Shown: positions 35,044 to 44,345, counted from the first letter of the stretch. The stretch: DNA of 62,954 nt from an uncultured virus (IMG/VR IMGVR_UViG_3300046836_000576) (IMGVR_UViG_3300046836_000576), one strand, 5' to 3'. Notes: generated by a model from the letters alone, not told the origin. Numbers and translations are program-made.

Positions 35044-35358
35044 TTAGTGGATCGTATTGAGATCGACACCCTTACGATCAAGCCAACCAACAATATCTTG
35101 GCAAGCTCTGAGTGCACGATCAAGTGTCTTGAGGCTGTACACTTCACCGTTGCTCTTCCTGATCTCCTCTTGAAGATCCCCGAGATTGATGTCGCGATTT
35201 AGTAGATAGTGCGGCATAATCTTGGCATAGCGACCATCGGGTTCCTTGGGCAGCTTCGGTTCTGGTTCCTTAACCAGTCCGAGACGCTGTTCAAGGATTT
35301 TAAGACGTGACTCAATCGATACCATCATGAGGAGGTCTTTTTCGTCTTTTTTGAGCAT
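35044..35358 (-). CDS. Hypothetical protein (possible winged HTH)
   Basis: Start corrected to 35358; promoter at 35454-35481. Confidence 0.5.
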   Translation of the reverse strand: MLKKDEKDLLMMVSIESRLKILEQRLGLVKEPEPKLPKEPDGRYAKIMPHYLLNRDINLGDLQEEIRKSNGEVYSLKTLDRALRACQDIVGWLDRKGVDLNTIH

Positions 35359-35453
35359 AGCATTTCCATAGGTTTGGGTGATCCAATGAGCGGAAAATTC
35401 CCGCCCGGCTGGGTTAAGTGTCGTATGTGAATTCCCATCCTCATGATAAGGTA

Positions 35454-35521
35454 CATATAAGCATTTTGCGGCACATTGCAATAGCTGGTGTGGTAAAAAA
35501 ATTGCTCAAAGTAGCAATTTT
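35454..35521. promoter_or_regulatory. Divergent promoter region with two TTGC-N8-GCAA dyads
   Basis: Dyads at 35466-35481 (minus-strand promoter, TATATG -10) and 35502-35517 (AAAATTGCT-N6-AGCAATTTT). Confidence 0.65.
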
Positions 35522-35598
35522 GTGCTTGTCATGCGCGACAGCATCAGCTATTATCCGCTGTGTTCGCAAATTCGCAACACAGGATAGAGGAGCAAAAA

Positions 35599-36120
35599 GT
35601 GGTAACCAGAGCGCAATTGGTTGACGCGGCCAACGAGCTCAACACGGTTCTTTCGCTCGATCCAAAGATTGATCTGAAGATGGCCGTCATTGAGCTTACA
35701 GCCAGCGTCCATGAGGCAGGTGAACTGCTGCGACCGGGAGACGATGTCTCTCCGGAAACACAGGCCATCGTTGATGCGTTGAAAGCCGGTACCGAACCGG
35801 CCGAGGCGGAACAGGAGCCCGAGCCCGAGGTCGAAGAGGAGGGTGAGGTTGTCACCAAGCCTCGTCGTACTCGTGGTGACACGGCCGCACCCGCAACTAC
35901 GCCAACTCGGCGTGGTGGTGGGTTCCGCTATGAAGGCAGTGGTGCTCAGAAGATGGACCTGGCGCTGATGCGCGGTGGGCCCATTAGCGATCTGGCCGAA
36001 GAGGCTGGTGTCAAGAAGGGAATGCTGCGCGCCCATGCAAAGTTTCGGGCGAAGAGCGGCAAGTGGTCGATGAGCGAGGATGGTGAATACATCCAGTTGA
36101 CCAAGCTCGACGCTGCATAG
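35599..36120 (+). CDS. Acidic hypothetical protein with C-terminal HTH-like region
   Basis: GAGGAG RBS before GTG 35599; followed by a terminator. Confidence 0.6.
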   Translation: MVTRAQLVDAANELNTVLSLDPKIDLKMAVIELTASVHEAGELLRPGDDVSPETQAIVDALKAGTEPAEAEQEPEPEVEEEGEVVTKPRRTRGDTAAPATTPTRRGGGFRYEGSGAQKMDLALMRGGPISDLAEEAGVKKGMLRAHAKFRAKSGKWSMSEDGEYIQLTKLDAA

Positions 36121-36137
36121 CCCAATGTTGCTGAAAT

Positions 36138-36175
36138 AGGGTGGGCGAAAATTTATTTTTCGCCTGCCCTTTTTC
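36138..36175 (+). terminator. Rho-independent terminator
   Basis: AGGGTGGGCGAAAA...TTTTCGCCTGCCCT followed by TTTT. Confidence 0.75.
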
Positions 36176-36226
36176 ATGTGTTCGAATTCGCGTATAATAA
36201 TTTGATGCCTATTTTTGGGGGAAGCA

Positions 36227-36796
36227 ATGGTTGATTGGTTAAAGGTCAGACAAGGAGTCATTGATATTCTGGATGGTTTGGGATTGGATGCTAGAGATCC
36301 AAACTTTTTCGATACACCGGATCGGGTTGTGCGGGCTTATCAAGAGATCTTTGCAGGTCTAGATGAACGGAATACCGTTGAAGAGATGCTTAAAAGTGTG
36401 TTCCCCTGTGAACACCAACAGATGATTTTAGTTAAACATGTTGAAGTGTTTAGTATGTGTCCTCATCATCTTCTTCCAGTCCGTTATGATATTACGGCTG
36501 GGTACTTACCTGGTCCGGGGATTCGAGCAAAGGTCTTGGGCCTGTCAAAATTGGCTAGGATCACAAAGCTTCTAGCTGCCCGACCTGTTCTTCAGGAGCA
36601 AGTGGTTAACGATATCGCCAATACTCTAATGCGTATACCTGAATGTCGTGGGGCTGGCTGCATTGCTACTGGTGAACACTATTGTATGCGTATGCGTGGA
36701 GTCAATCAGAGTGGCTCAATTGTTGTTACCAGCGCCTTGCGTGGTGAGTTCTTATCTGATTCAATGGTCCGTGAAGAATTCATGGACTTTAGATAG
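36227..36796 (+). CDS. folE: GTP cyclohydrolase I
   Basis: DTPDRV, SMCPHHLLP, GLSKLAR, QEQ, EHYCMRMRGV and TSALRG.F motifs. Confidence 0.95.
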   Translation: MVDWLKVRQGVIDILDGLGLDARDPNFFDTPDRVVRAYQEIFAGLDERNTVEEMLKSVFPCEHQQMILVKHVEVFSMCPHHLLPVRYDITAGYLPGPGIRAKVLGLSKLARITKLLAARPVLQEQVVNDIANTLMRIPECRGAGCIATGEHYCMRMRGVNQSGSIVVTSALRGEFLSDSMVREEFMDFR

Positions 36797-36805
36797 GAGA
36801 AGTAG

Positions 36806-37465
36806 ATGGGTATCGCTGTTGTTACTGGAGCATCTTCTGGTATTGGTAAGGCAATCTATGATCACTTTAATACAAGCGACCGGTTTGATAGTGTTGTTGG
36901 TATAGCTAAGAACGGTCCGGATCTTGAATATGACTTGTCGAGTGAGAAGGATATTCAAGAGATTGTGGATGACCTGCGCACCGCAGGTGACATTTCTTGT
37001 CTTGTAAATTGTGCGGGAATTTTGAAGCTTGAAGAGGTTGGAAATGAAGGTCAGATATTTGACGTTAACTTTTGGGCGCCATACTACCTGACTAATGCAC
37101 TAAAGCATGAGTTGATTGCTGCACGTGGTTGTGTTATCAATATTGCCTCAGTTAGTGGGATGATTGCCGAGCCTGAGATTCCGATCTATGCCGCATCTAA
37201 GGCCGCGCTGATTTCACTGACCAAGAGTCTCGCTATTAGGTTCTCACCCTTTTTTGTTAGGGTGAATTGCATTAGTCCTGGATTTGTTAAGACGAATCTG
37301 ATTCCGGGTGATACACCAATTGAACTTCTCAACGCAATCCCCTTAGGGTTTGAAGCAGAACCCGCAATGCTCCTTCCAGTCGTCGATATGATACTTGATT
37401 GTCCTTACGTTACTGGTGCAAACTTTGTAGTTGACGGCGGGGGTTCTTGTAGAGCTGCAATGTAA
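36806..37465 (+). CDS. Short-chain dehydrogenase/reductase
   Basis: TGASSGIG, NCAG, YAASK, VNCISPG and VDGG motifs. Confidence 0.92.
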   Translation: MGIAVVTGASSGIGKAIYDHFNTSDRFDSVVGIAKNGPDLEYDLSSEKDIQEIVDDLRTAGDISCLVNCAGILKLEEVGNEGQIFDVNFWAPYYLTNALKHELIAARGCVINIASVSGMIAEPEIPIYAASKAALISLTKSLAIRFSPFFVRVNCISPGFVKTNLIPGDTPIELLNAIPLGFEAEPAMLLPVVDMILDCPYVTGANFVVDGGGSCRAAM

Positions 37466-37498
37466 TGTGAGACACGGTGCCACGTAAGGGAAGGTAAG

Positions 37499-38569
37499 AT
37501 GTCTGAATTACACACACCACGGTACTCCTGCATATTCCAGTCGAGAATGTGCCCACGTTCTTGTTCCTATTGTCTGAGCAAAGACGTTAGAGGAGATGGG
37601 ACTTTTCTGTCACCGGAGCAATGGGCAGATGCATTACACATTCTGGAGTATCATGGTGTCCAGTTCCACTTGTTTATCGGTAATGAACTGTTTTCCTATT
37701 CCGATCCTGTTGGCTTTGTCAAGGCAATCAAACCCTTCTATGGGAGGTATGGTATCTATTCGACATTCCCACCAGGATGGACTGAAAAATATTTTGATGA
37801 CTGTATTAACGCTGGTCTGTATAACATCTCTGGTGGTGTGGACGTCCTTCCCGGGTTACATAAGACAGGTGACGTCCACATTGATCGCAAGGCTCAAGCG
37901 GTGCTTAGTTGGTTGGAGTATGCGCTGATGCGCGGTGTACCGGACGTGCAAGCGCAAATTACTATTCATCGACACAATTACGATAAGCTCTATCCATTGC
38001 TTGACTTGTGTACAGAAAAGGGGATGTGGGTTGGGTGTTCTCTAGTAGAAGCATCTGCGGATGGACTACACGATTTTTACGGTACTGCTGATACAATGAC
38101 TGAATGGTTAATACCAGCAGATGAACGTAACAAGTTTAGCGATGAGATGTACAAGTTAGCGGATGAGGTTGCCACCGGCAGGTGGAAGATGCAGTTACCA
38201 CCAACATACTTTCGTGAACTAGCAGATCGTGAAGTGAGGCGTGATCCTTGGCATTGCAGTTTGCCTATGCTGATCTCAATTGAAGAGGATGGTTCTCTGC
38301 GCGGGTGCGGGTATAGGGGACCACTATCAGAAAAATATTCGATATTCGACCTTCGTGAGGGCGGAAAGTTGCCCATGTCTGAGTATATAAGGTTGCAGAG
38401 GGAAAAGACCAGTCAGTGCCCTGGTTGTGGAGTTGGTGGCGGGGCTTGGTCGTTCTGGTGGATGGCTGAGTATTGGTTAAAGGGTGATGTGGCAATGGGA
38501 GACAGAATCTTCCAGACACATGCACCGGGGCATCTCTTTGAAGCGACGGTGAGACAGGATGAGCAATAA
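37499..38569 (+). CDS. Radical SAM enzyme with SPASM/twitch-like C-terminus
   Basis: CPRSCSYC (CX3CX2C); C-terminal C...I.EDG....C...CPGC. Confidence 0.85.
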   Translation: MSELHTPRYSCIFQSRMCPRSCSYCLSKDVRGDGTFLSPEQWADALHILEYHGVQFHLFIGNELFSYSDPVGFVKAIKPFYGRYGIYSTFPPGWTEKYFDDCINAGLYNISGGVDVLPGLHKTGDVHIDRKAQAVLSWLEYALMRGVPDVQAQITIHRHNYDKLYPLLDLCTEKGMWVGCSLVEASADGLHDFYGTADTMTEWLIPADERNKFSDEMYKLADEVATGRWKMQLPPTYFRELADREVRRDPWHCSLPMLISIEEDGSLRGCGYRGPLSEKYSIFDLREGGKLPMSEYIRLQREKTSQCPGCGVGGGAWSFWWMAEYWLKGDVAMGDRIFQTHAPGHLFEATVRQDEQ

Positions 38570-38816
38570 GCCAACAGTTGCTGAAGTGATGATAAAATTT
38601 CTTGTTGAAGAAAAGATTGCCAATCCTCATTCGACATCTAAGAATGCCTCGGATGAAGAAGCGATAGCAATTTACGATAATTGTGTGGCATTTGTTGAGC
38701 GTTATTACCCTGATGTTACTACAGAAGAACTCCGCAAGGCTTTTCGTAAAGTACACAAGACTCCAGCGTCGAAGATGTGGGCTATAGCGAATAAGTACAA
38801 GGGTGGTACTGCATGA
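38559..38816 (+). CDS. Hypothetical protein in the modification cluster
   Basis: Overlaps both neighbouring genes. Confidence 0.6.
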   Translation: MSNKPTVAEVMIKFLVEEKIANPHSTSKNASDEEAIAIYDNCVAFVERYYPDVTTEELRKAFRKVHKTPASKMWAIANKYKGGTA

Positions 38817-39490
38817 AGTCCTATTCAAAGAAGACAATCAAGCGATTTAACCTAACCATTGAAGGTGATGAATTTAATGATGCTGAACAGAATAAATCAC
38901 TCTATGATGATCACGTGAGTGGATATGATGAGTTGACTAAGTTGTTAGACATCAATGATACAACCTATGTCTATCGTAAGGTACTCAATGTTGGTGCAGG
39001 TTCGGGTTCTCCGTTAAAGTTTCCCCATCCAGTTGATATGTACTATCTTGAGCCCAATCCAGATCGGGTTGAAGAGATTGATGTCGATCGTGATGATAAC
39101 ATAATCTCTGGTTGGTGTGAGAACATCGAGACTGAACTAAAGTTTGATATGATTATCTGTTGGGGAACATTGTGCTTTGTACGTTCTATACCAGAAACCC
39201 TAATTCAGTTTAATGATCGTTTGTTTAAAGAAGGTATGTTGGTACTAGATGTAGTTAAATCAACATCATTCCCACTATGCCAGACTGCTGATCCTGATAG
39301 TTTTATTAGAAATGTGAGTTTGTATGGGTTTGAATTACAACATCGTATCCCCTTTGATCATTTGGGACACAATCGTGAGGGGATTCGCTTTAAGAAGGTT
39401 CGCGACTTTGACCCTAGGTATCTGCGGATGCCTCAGGCTAAGGATGGCTTGAGGAACTTCATCCCTGAGAGAGACTGGTTTCTATCTTAG
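38813..39490 (+). CDS. Class I SAM-dependent methyltransferase
   Basis: VLNVGAGSG, LEP, FDMIICWGTL and L...GML.L motifs. Confidence 0.8.
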   Translation: MKSYSKKTIKRFNLTIEGDEFNDAEQNKSLYDDHVSGYDELTKLLDINDTTYVYRKVLNVGAGSGSPLKFPHPVDMYYLEPNPDRVEEIDVDRDDNIISGWCENIETELKFDMIICWGTLCFVRSIPETLIQFNDRLFKEGMLVLDVVKSTSFPLCQTADPDSFIRNVSLYGFELQHRIPFDHLGHNREGIRFKKVRDFDPRYLRMPQAKDGLRNFIPERDWFLS

Positions 39491-39500
39491 AGGAGATAAC

Positions 39501-40055
39501 ATGACACCTGGTCTAGTCGTTCTTACCAGCGGTGGTTTTGATAGTGCATTATTGTTACACATGGCAAAGCGGATGAACTATAATCCAATCGCCCTATTGA
39601 TTGATTATGGTCAGAAACACGTTCGGGAATTGGATGCTGCTGTTAAGTTGTGCGATGATCTCCAGGTTTCCTTTAAGCGGATGAAGGTTGATCTTGCTCA
39701 AGCAGTTGACTCTGGGTTGACTGGTACTTTGCAGGGTGGTAAGTATGAGGGACTGCATGAGATGCACGTCCCTGGACGCAACACTATCTTTGTTGGTCTA
39801 GCTCTGTCACTGGCAGAAGCTGTCGGTGCAACAAAGATTTGGTATGGAGCGAATTTTGAGGACCGGATAAATGAGTTTGCGGACTGCAAACAAGACTGGG
39901 TCCTCGAGATGAACAAGTCTCTAAAGATCGCGGGAAGCTACCCAGTGGAGTTGGAAGCCCCTTTGCTTGGGATGCGCAAGGACACTATTGTGCGCATGGG
40001 TAAGCTGTACCACGATATTAAGGAAGAGGAGGTTCACAGTGGGTATGCCGTCTAA
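39501..40055 (+). CDS. queC: QueC-like 7-cyano-7-deazaguanine synthase lacking the C-terminal Zn-binding motif
   Basis: SGGFDS, DYGQKH..E, VPGRN, FADC and APLL...K motifs; ends at HSGYAV. Confidence 0.85.
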   Translation: MTPGLVVLTSGGFDSALLLHMAKRMNYNPIALLIDYGQKHVRELDAAVKLCDDLQVSFKRMKVDLAQAVDSGLTGTLQGGKYEGLHEMHVPGRNTIFVGLALSLAEAVGATKIWYGANFEDRINEFADCKQDWVLEMNKSLKIAGSYPVELEAPLLGMRKDTIVRMGKLYHDIKEEEVHSGYAV

Positions 40056-40866
40056 TAATGATAAGAAGATTCTTCACTGGAGATCCACGGCAAACGGAGG
40101 TGATCCTTCTTCTCCTACACAACCGGATTTGCCTGATGGGTTTATCACTATAAGGGAGGCTGTTAGTCTTACAGGTTTTTCTAAAACAACTATTCGTAAA
40201 ACAAAAGTGACCCATCGACAAGAATGGCGTAGGATAGATGGGAGGGTATTTGTACGCAAAGACTTTATCTTGGAATATTGTGCGGTTAGAGCTAGGCTTA
40301 GGGCTAGACCTGAACCCAGGAGGCGGAAAAAGAAGTACCCTAATCGTGTACCTGCTCGTTTTTTACTGCCTCTTAAACCAGGTGAATGGTTTATTAGGAC
40401 TGAAGTTGAGAGGAGAAAGGGAACAGAAGGTGTATACCTTCACTTTGTCTCTGGTGATGATCTTTCCGATCTGAATATCTACTCGTTTGATTGTATGTAT
40501 AACGCGCTTAAAGCTGGTGGGTATTCTGAACTTAAAGGTTTACCAGAATGGACTGCAGTGACGGTTCCTAAGAATCGTAATATTCCGCAGTTAGAATTTG
40601 AACACAAGTATACAAAGAGGGAACAGGGTTTAGGTCATGTATGCCGAATTGGTACAACGGATGGTGCAGCTATTCCTTCCTGGATGAAGGCTCCTGGTTT
40701 GATGAAAGGTAAAATGGAGAGGGAATCGTTTGTAGGAAAGACTATTCTGCGAATTACGGCTACTCAAATGATCGAGATGGAGGGTTTTACACCTGGAGAG
40801 TTTGTGGACGAACGTATAAAAGAAGAAGGAAAAGCTTACTGGGGTCCTCTTTGGGATTTAACTTGA
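40045..40866 (+). CDS. Hypothetical protein with N-terminal HTH (excisionase/MerR-like)
   Basis: ITIREAVSLTGFSKTTIR; start corrected to 40045. Confidence 0.55.
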   Translation: MPSNNDKKILHWRSTANGGDPSSPTQPDLPDGFITIREAVSLTGFSKTTIRKTKVTHRQEWRRIDGRVFVRKDFILEYCAVRARLRARPEPRRRKKKYPNRVPARFLLPLKPGEWFIRTEVERRKGTEGVYLHFVSGDDLSDLNIYSFDCMYNALKAGGYSELKGLPEWTAVTVPKNRNIPQLEFEHKYTKREQGLGHVCRIGTTDGAAIPSWMKAPGLMKGKMERESFVGKTILRITATQMIEMEGFTPGEFVDERIKEEGKAYWGPLWDLT

Positions 40867-40870
40867 GGGA

Positions 40871-41257
40871 ATGAAAATGGAAGAGCAGATCGCACACACT
40901 ATGCTGATGAATAAGCACTATAGCCCGATGGTTGTCAGGAAGACCTCAACATGGGGCTTCCCAGTGTTTGTTGCTTTGATCACCGATGACGACTTGGCGG
41001 ATCTGGATCAGGTTATTCTAAAGTTTATGCTGGATGCAAAGGCAGTCAACGGGTGGTCAGATAATATTCAAAAGATGCGCAACCTGGCGGGAGCAATGGT
41101 TGAGATGCTCAATAATAGGTATCCGAAGGTTGAAGGATCAGCTGTGATAATTTATTCAGACAAATGCTTCATCTCTAGTTTGCATGGCGATCTGATGACA
41201 CATCTTAGTTGTAAAGTTGAACTTTTCGAGCTTCTCAATATGAGTACTGGAGTTTAG
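40871..41257 (+). CDS. Hypothetical protein
   Basis: GAGG RBS; co-oriented in the cluster. Confidence 0.6.
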   Translation: MKMEEQIAHTMLMNKHYSPMVVRKTSTWGFPVFVALITDDDLADLDQVILKFMLDAKAVNGWSDNIQKMRNLAGAMVEMLNNRYPKVEGSAVIIYSDKCFISSLHGDLMTHLSCKVELFELLNMSTGV

Positions 41258-41259
41258 TT

Positions 41260-41409
41260 ATGTCTCGTCCACGTGGGTATAAACATACTGAGGCTACCCG
41301 AAAGAAGCTTAGTGAAGGAACTAAATTACGTTATGAGGCTGGGATATTGATGGGGTTTCGTGCTAAACCGTTGTCTGAGGAGGCACACGTTATGCTCAAT
41401 TCCGTGTGA
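41260..41409 (+). CDS. Tiny NUMOD3-like peptide (homing-endonuclease remnant)
   Basis: MSRPRGYKHTEATRKKLSEG matches the NUMOD3 pattern; GGAG RBS. Confidence 0.45.
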   Translation: MSRPRGYKHTEATRKKLSEGTKLRYEAGILMGFRAKPLSEEAHVMLNSV

Positions 41410-41858
41410 CAAAAGATGAGAAGTCATCTAAGGAATTAGCCATCTATGTCAACCATGCAGTGGATGGACACGTTTGCGCTGACTGTTCTATGTTTGATCC
41501 ACCTGCCTCTTGCAATGCAGTGGCTGGTCCAATTAGTCCAGCGGGTCATTGCAGTTTCTGGACGGCCAAAGAAAACAATCTAAGAATAAGCAGTTTCCAA
41601 GGCTTACCCGTATTTATTGAGACATCTAAAGGTGAAAGACGTAGACAAGATTGGCCTATTATGCCAGCACACTATGGATTTATTACTATGACTAACTCAC
41701 CAGAAAAGAATGATGGATTAGACGTCTTTATTGGAGACAATAAAGCCTGTCGTCACTGTTGGATTATTGACCAAATCCATCCAGATACAGAGGAGTTTGT
41801 CAATGACTTCCGAGATTCGTGGTCTTGTAACTTGCGAAATTCAAGAGATGCTCCATGA
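41406..41858 (+). CDS. HiPIP-like Cys motif fused to a partial phage inorganic-pyrophosphatase-like domain
   Basis: CADCSMF....C..V.G.ISP.G.C..W, then IET.KG..R...MPAHYG.I...DGLDVFIG...IDQ. Confidence 0.6.
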   Translation: MTKDEKSSKELAIYVNHAVDGHVCADCSMFDPPASCNAVAGPISPAGHCSFWTAKENNLRISSFQGLPVFIETSKGERRRQDWPIMPAHYGFITMTNSPEKNDGLDVFIGDNKACRHCWIIDQIHPDTEEFVNDFRDSWSCNLRNSRDAP

Positions 41859-42316
41859 CGATAGCGATATGGGCTCCCCATGCAGATGACGAGATAATTG
41901 GTTGCTACCATGTACTTATGTCTAAAGAAAAGGTACAAGTATACTATGGGGGGATTGTTGAAGATGGCTGCAAGAGAGCCTCTAGACTATTCGGTTTCGA
42001 ATTTTACCATCTCAGCAATCTCGCTCGTCCTTGGGATGTCGTCTATGCTCCTGATCCTAATGTGGATATGCATCCGGAGCATCGCCGATTAGGCCAGATG
42101 GCCCATCAAATGTTTAGGGCGGGCAAGATAAGGCGAGTAATTCACTATTGTACAACGATGCAGGCGCCGTATATATTTGAAGTACCAGATCCCGAGGCAA
42201 AGCGGAATGCGTTGAATCAATGCTATCCTGAAAAGGGAGATTTATGGCGATACGAATGGAAATATGTATTATTTGAAGGATACTGGGAGGTATTAAGATT
42301 GGATCATAGAAAATGA
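41855..42316 (+). CDS. PIG-L/LmbE-family deacetylase (minimal)
   Basis: APHADDE..G, D.HPEH and K..AL..CY motifs. Confidence 0.8.
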   Translation: MTIAIWAPHADDEIIGCYHVLMSKEKVQVYYGGIVEDGCKRASRLFGFEFYHLSNLARPWDVVYAPDPNVDMHPEHRRLGQMAHQMFRAGKIRRVIHYCTTMQAPYIFEVPDPEAKRNALNQCYPEKGDLWRYEWKYVLFEGYWEVLRLDHRK

Positions 42317-43260
42317 GACTGATAGTTGTACCCCAATATCCTGCGCAGCTACGATATCAATCCTGGTGGTTGACACGACTTGAAGATTACTATCTGTACT
42401 TTGATAAGGTACTTATCCTCCACCCACCGCAGTTTACCAATCAAGCTCATTTAAGTGGTGAATTTGCCCCGGCAATGGCGGCAATTGATTATGAGGTTAG
42501 ACAGATCAGTTTGTATAATCAGTTAGTAATTGATGAAGAGGATGATATATTACTTCTTTGTGATATTAGCTTTCCTGGACTATTCTCATCTGTTTTATTT
42601 CATAAGCGTCCTAAGAAATGCTTTGCCATTTGCCACGCAACATCGCTTAATAGGTATGATTACTTTGCTGCGGTGCGTCCCGGGAAGTGGAGAGTGGAAA
42701 CAGGGACTAGCAAGATATTTGATAAGATTTTTGTGGCAAGTGAGTATCATAAGGAGCGGTTAGGCTGGAAGAACACGGTGGTGATCAAGTTTCCGTTACC
42801 AAAGATTGATGAATTAGTGGAAAAGCGGTTGAGTAAGGAGCAACAACATCACCATAGTAGATCGTTTATTAGTGTGGCCCGGAAAGGGGTGCAAAAGATT
42901 GATTTAGAATTGGAGAGGTTTTTTGAATGGAGTGAGAGGACTAGTATACACAGGTTTTATCAAACTAAAGGTAAGACTTGGACTGATTACTATGGATTTG
43001 TTGAGGCTGGGCGGTTTATGATTATTACTTCCCGCGAAGAGACTTATGGCTATCAAGTCATAGACGCGTTATCAGTAGGCACTATTCCACTTGCTCCAAG
43101 AGCATTGTCCTACCCTGAATTGTTACCAGATGAAAATTTATACGAACCCGGAAGGGCTACTGATCTGATAGATACGTATAAAAGGTATGGAGATAAGCCC
43201 GCGCCTCCTTTGTGGGAAGACAAGTTCTTTGAGTTCACAGCAACTGAGATGAAAAGATGA
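42313..43260 (+). CDS. GT-B fold glycosyltransferase (GT4-like)
   Basis: C-terminal SREETYGYQVIDAL..G..PLAP...SYPEL (EX7D); IFVASEYHK. Confidence 0.8.
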   Translation: MRLIVVPQYPAQLRYQSWWLTRLEDYYLYFDKVLILHPPQFTNQAHLSGEFAPAMAAIDYEVRQISLYNQLVIDEEDDILLLCDISFPGLFSSVLFHKRPKKCFAICHATSLNRYDYFAAVRPGKWRVETGTSKIFDKIFVASEYHKERLGWKNTVVIKFPLPKIDELVEKRLSKEQQHHHSRSFISVARKGVQKIDLELERFFEWSERTSIHRFYQTKGKTWTDYYGFVEAGRFMIITSREETYGYQVIDALSVGTIPLAPRALSYPELLPDENLYEPGRATDLIDTYKRYGDKPAPPLWEDKFFEFTATEMKR

Positions 43261-44345
43261 AAAACTATGTGGTAATGTTGGATAGCGGTGCCTGGACTGC
43301 CCATACCAAGGGTATGACGATTAACTTGGATAAGTATGCAGAATTTGTTCATCAGAATAAACATCTGTTTGGTGGTGGTGTGTTCAATTTGGACTTCATA
43401 GATCCACCGGTCTCTGCTGCATACCAGACTGAATCAGCTGAAAAGAGCTATAAGAACTGGATTGAGCTGCGCAAGCTTGGGATTGATACCATACCTGTTC
43501 ACCATATTGGCGATGATGACGAGTCATACCTAAAGAAGTATTTAGAGCAGACTGATTATATTGGAATTGGTGCAATTGCCAAACTAAACGCTGAAGCTCG
43601 AATTTACGGACTTGATTATATCTGGAAAGAATATCTGTCAAATAAGGATGGTACGCCCAGGTATAGATGTCATGGTCTTGGTTTGACTGATATCAAGATC
43701 ACGCTGCGCTATCCTTGGTTCTCTGTGGATAGTACTCGTGCGATTATGCTGGCTGCACATGGTGGTATCTTGCTGCCTAAACTTGATGGTGACAAGTTCT
43801 CCTACAGAGAGATATACCAGGTTGCGGTGAGTAATCAAGGTCGTAGTCATTATCGGGGTAAGGGTGATAGTTTTTATGGCATGTCAAAGCTCATCCAGGG
43901 TCAGATAAAGCACTATTGTACTTCGTTAGGTTATGAGTTGGATGATTCTATTGCGGGACGTACACTTAATCCCCTGATGAAGAGTCGAAAGAAGGTAGAT
44001 GGTAAGTGGACGTCAGATTTTGCTTCACGTCAATTGGGGTTCCCTGAAGAAGCTGCGCTTGCTGATGCTCCTTTAGTAAGTAACAATGTAGATGAGAAGA
44101 ACTTGTCGGCAAGCTGGGTTCCCAGGTTTATCTTTAATCTATATGTGTCGGATCAGTTTATCAAGTATTGGCGCACACAAGGTAAAACGATCAGGATCTA
44201 TAATGTAGTTGGTGGAGGCAATGTGTTCGACACGTTTGTTGTTGGATCACAGAGTGTCCCAGCTAATAGATGCTTGGTCAGTTATGCTAGGCTTTCCGGT
44301 TCCTTTCTTGATCGGTTAAAAGAGGTTGTCAATGGACATCACTAG
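43257..44345 (+). CDS. dpdA: TGT-fold DpdA-like DNA guanine transglycosylase
   Basis: MLDSGAW, NLD, IPVHH, YIGIG, HGLG.T and PWFSVDST motifs; clustered with folE and queC. Confidence 0.65.
   Translation: MKNYVVMLDSGAWTAHTKGMTINLDKYAEFVHQNKHLFGGGVFNLDFIDPPVSAAYQTESAEKSYKNWIELRKLGIDTIPVHHIGDDDESYLKKYLEQTDYIGIGAIAKLNAEARIYGLDYIWKEYLSNKDGTPRYRCHGLGLTDIKITLRYPWFSVDSTRAIMLAAHGGILLPKLDGDKFSYREIYQVAVSNQGRSHYRGKGDSFYGMSKLIQGQIKHYCTSLGYELDDSIAGRTLNPLMKSRKKVDGKWTSDFASRQLGFPEEAALADAPLVSNNVDEKNLSASWVPRFIFNLYVSDQFIKYWRTQGKTIRIYNVVGGGNVFDTFVVGSQSVPANRCLVSYARLSGSFLDRLKEVVNGHH

Noticed and set aside
36227..36796. QueF or QueF-like T-fold enzyme
   Set aside because: The CPHH and EHYC zinc ligands and the GLSK motif identify FolE.
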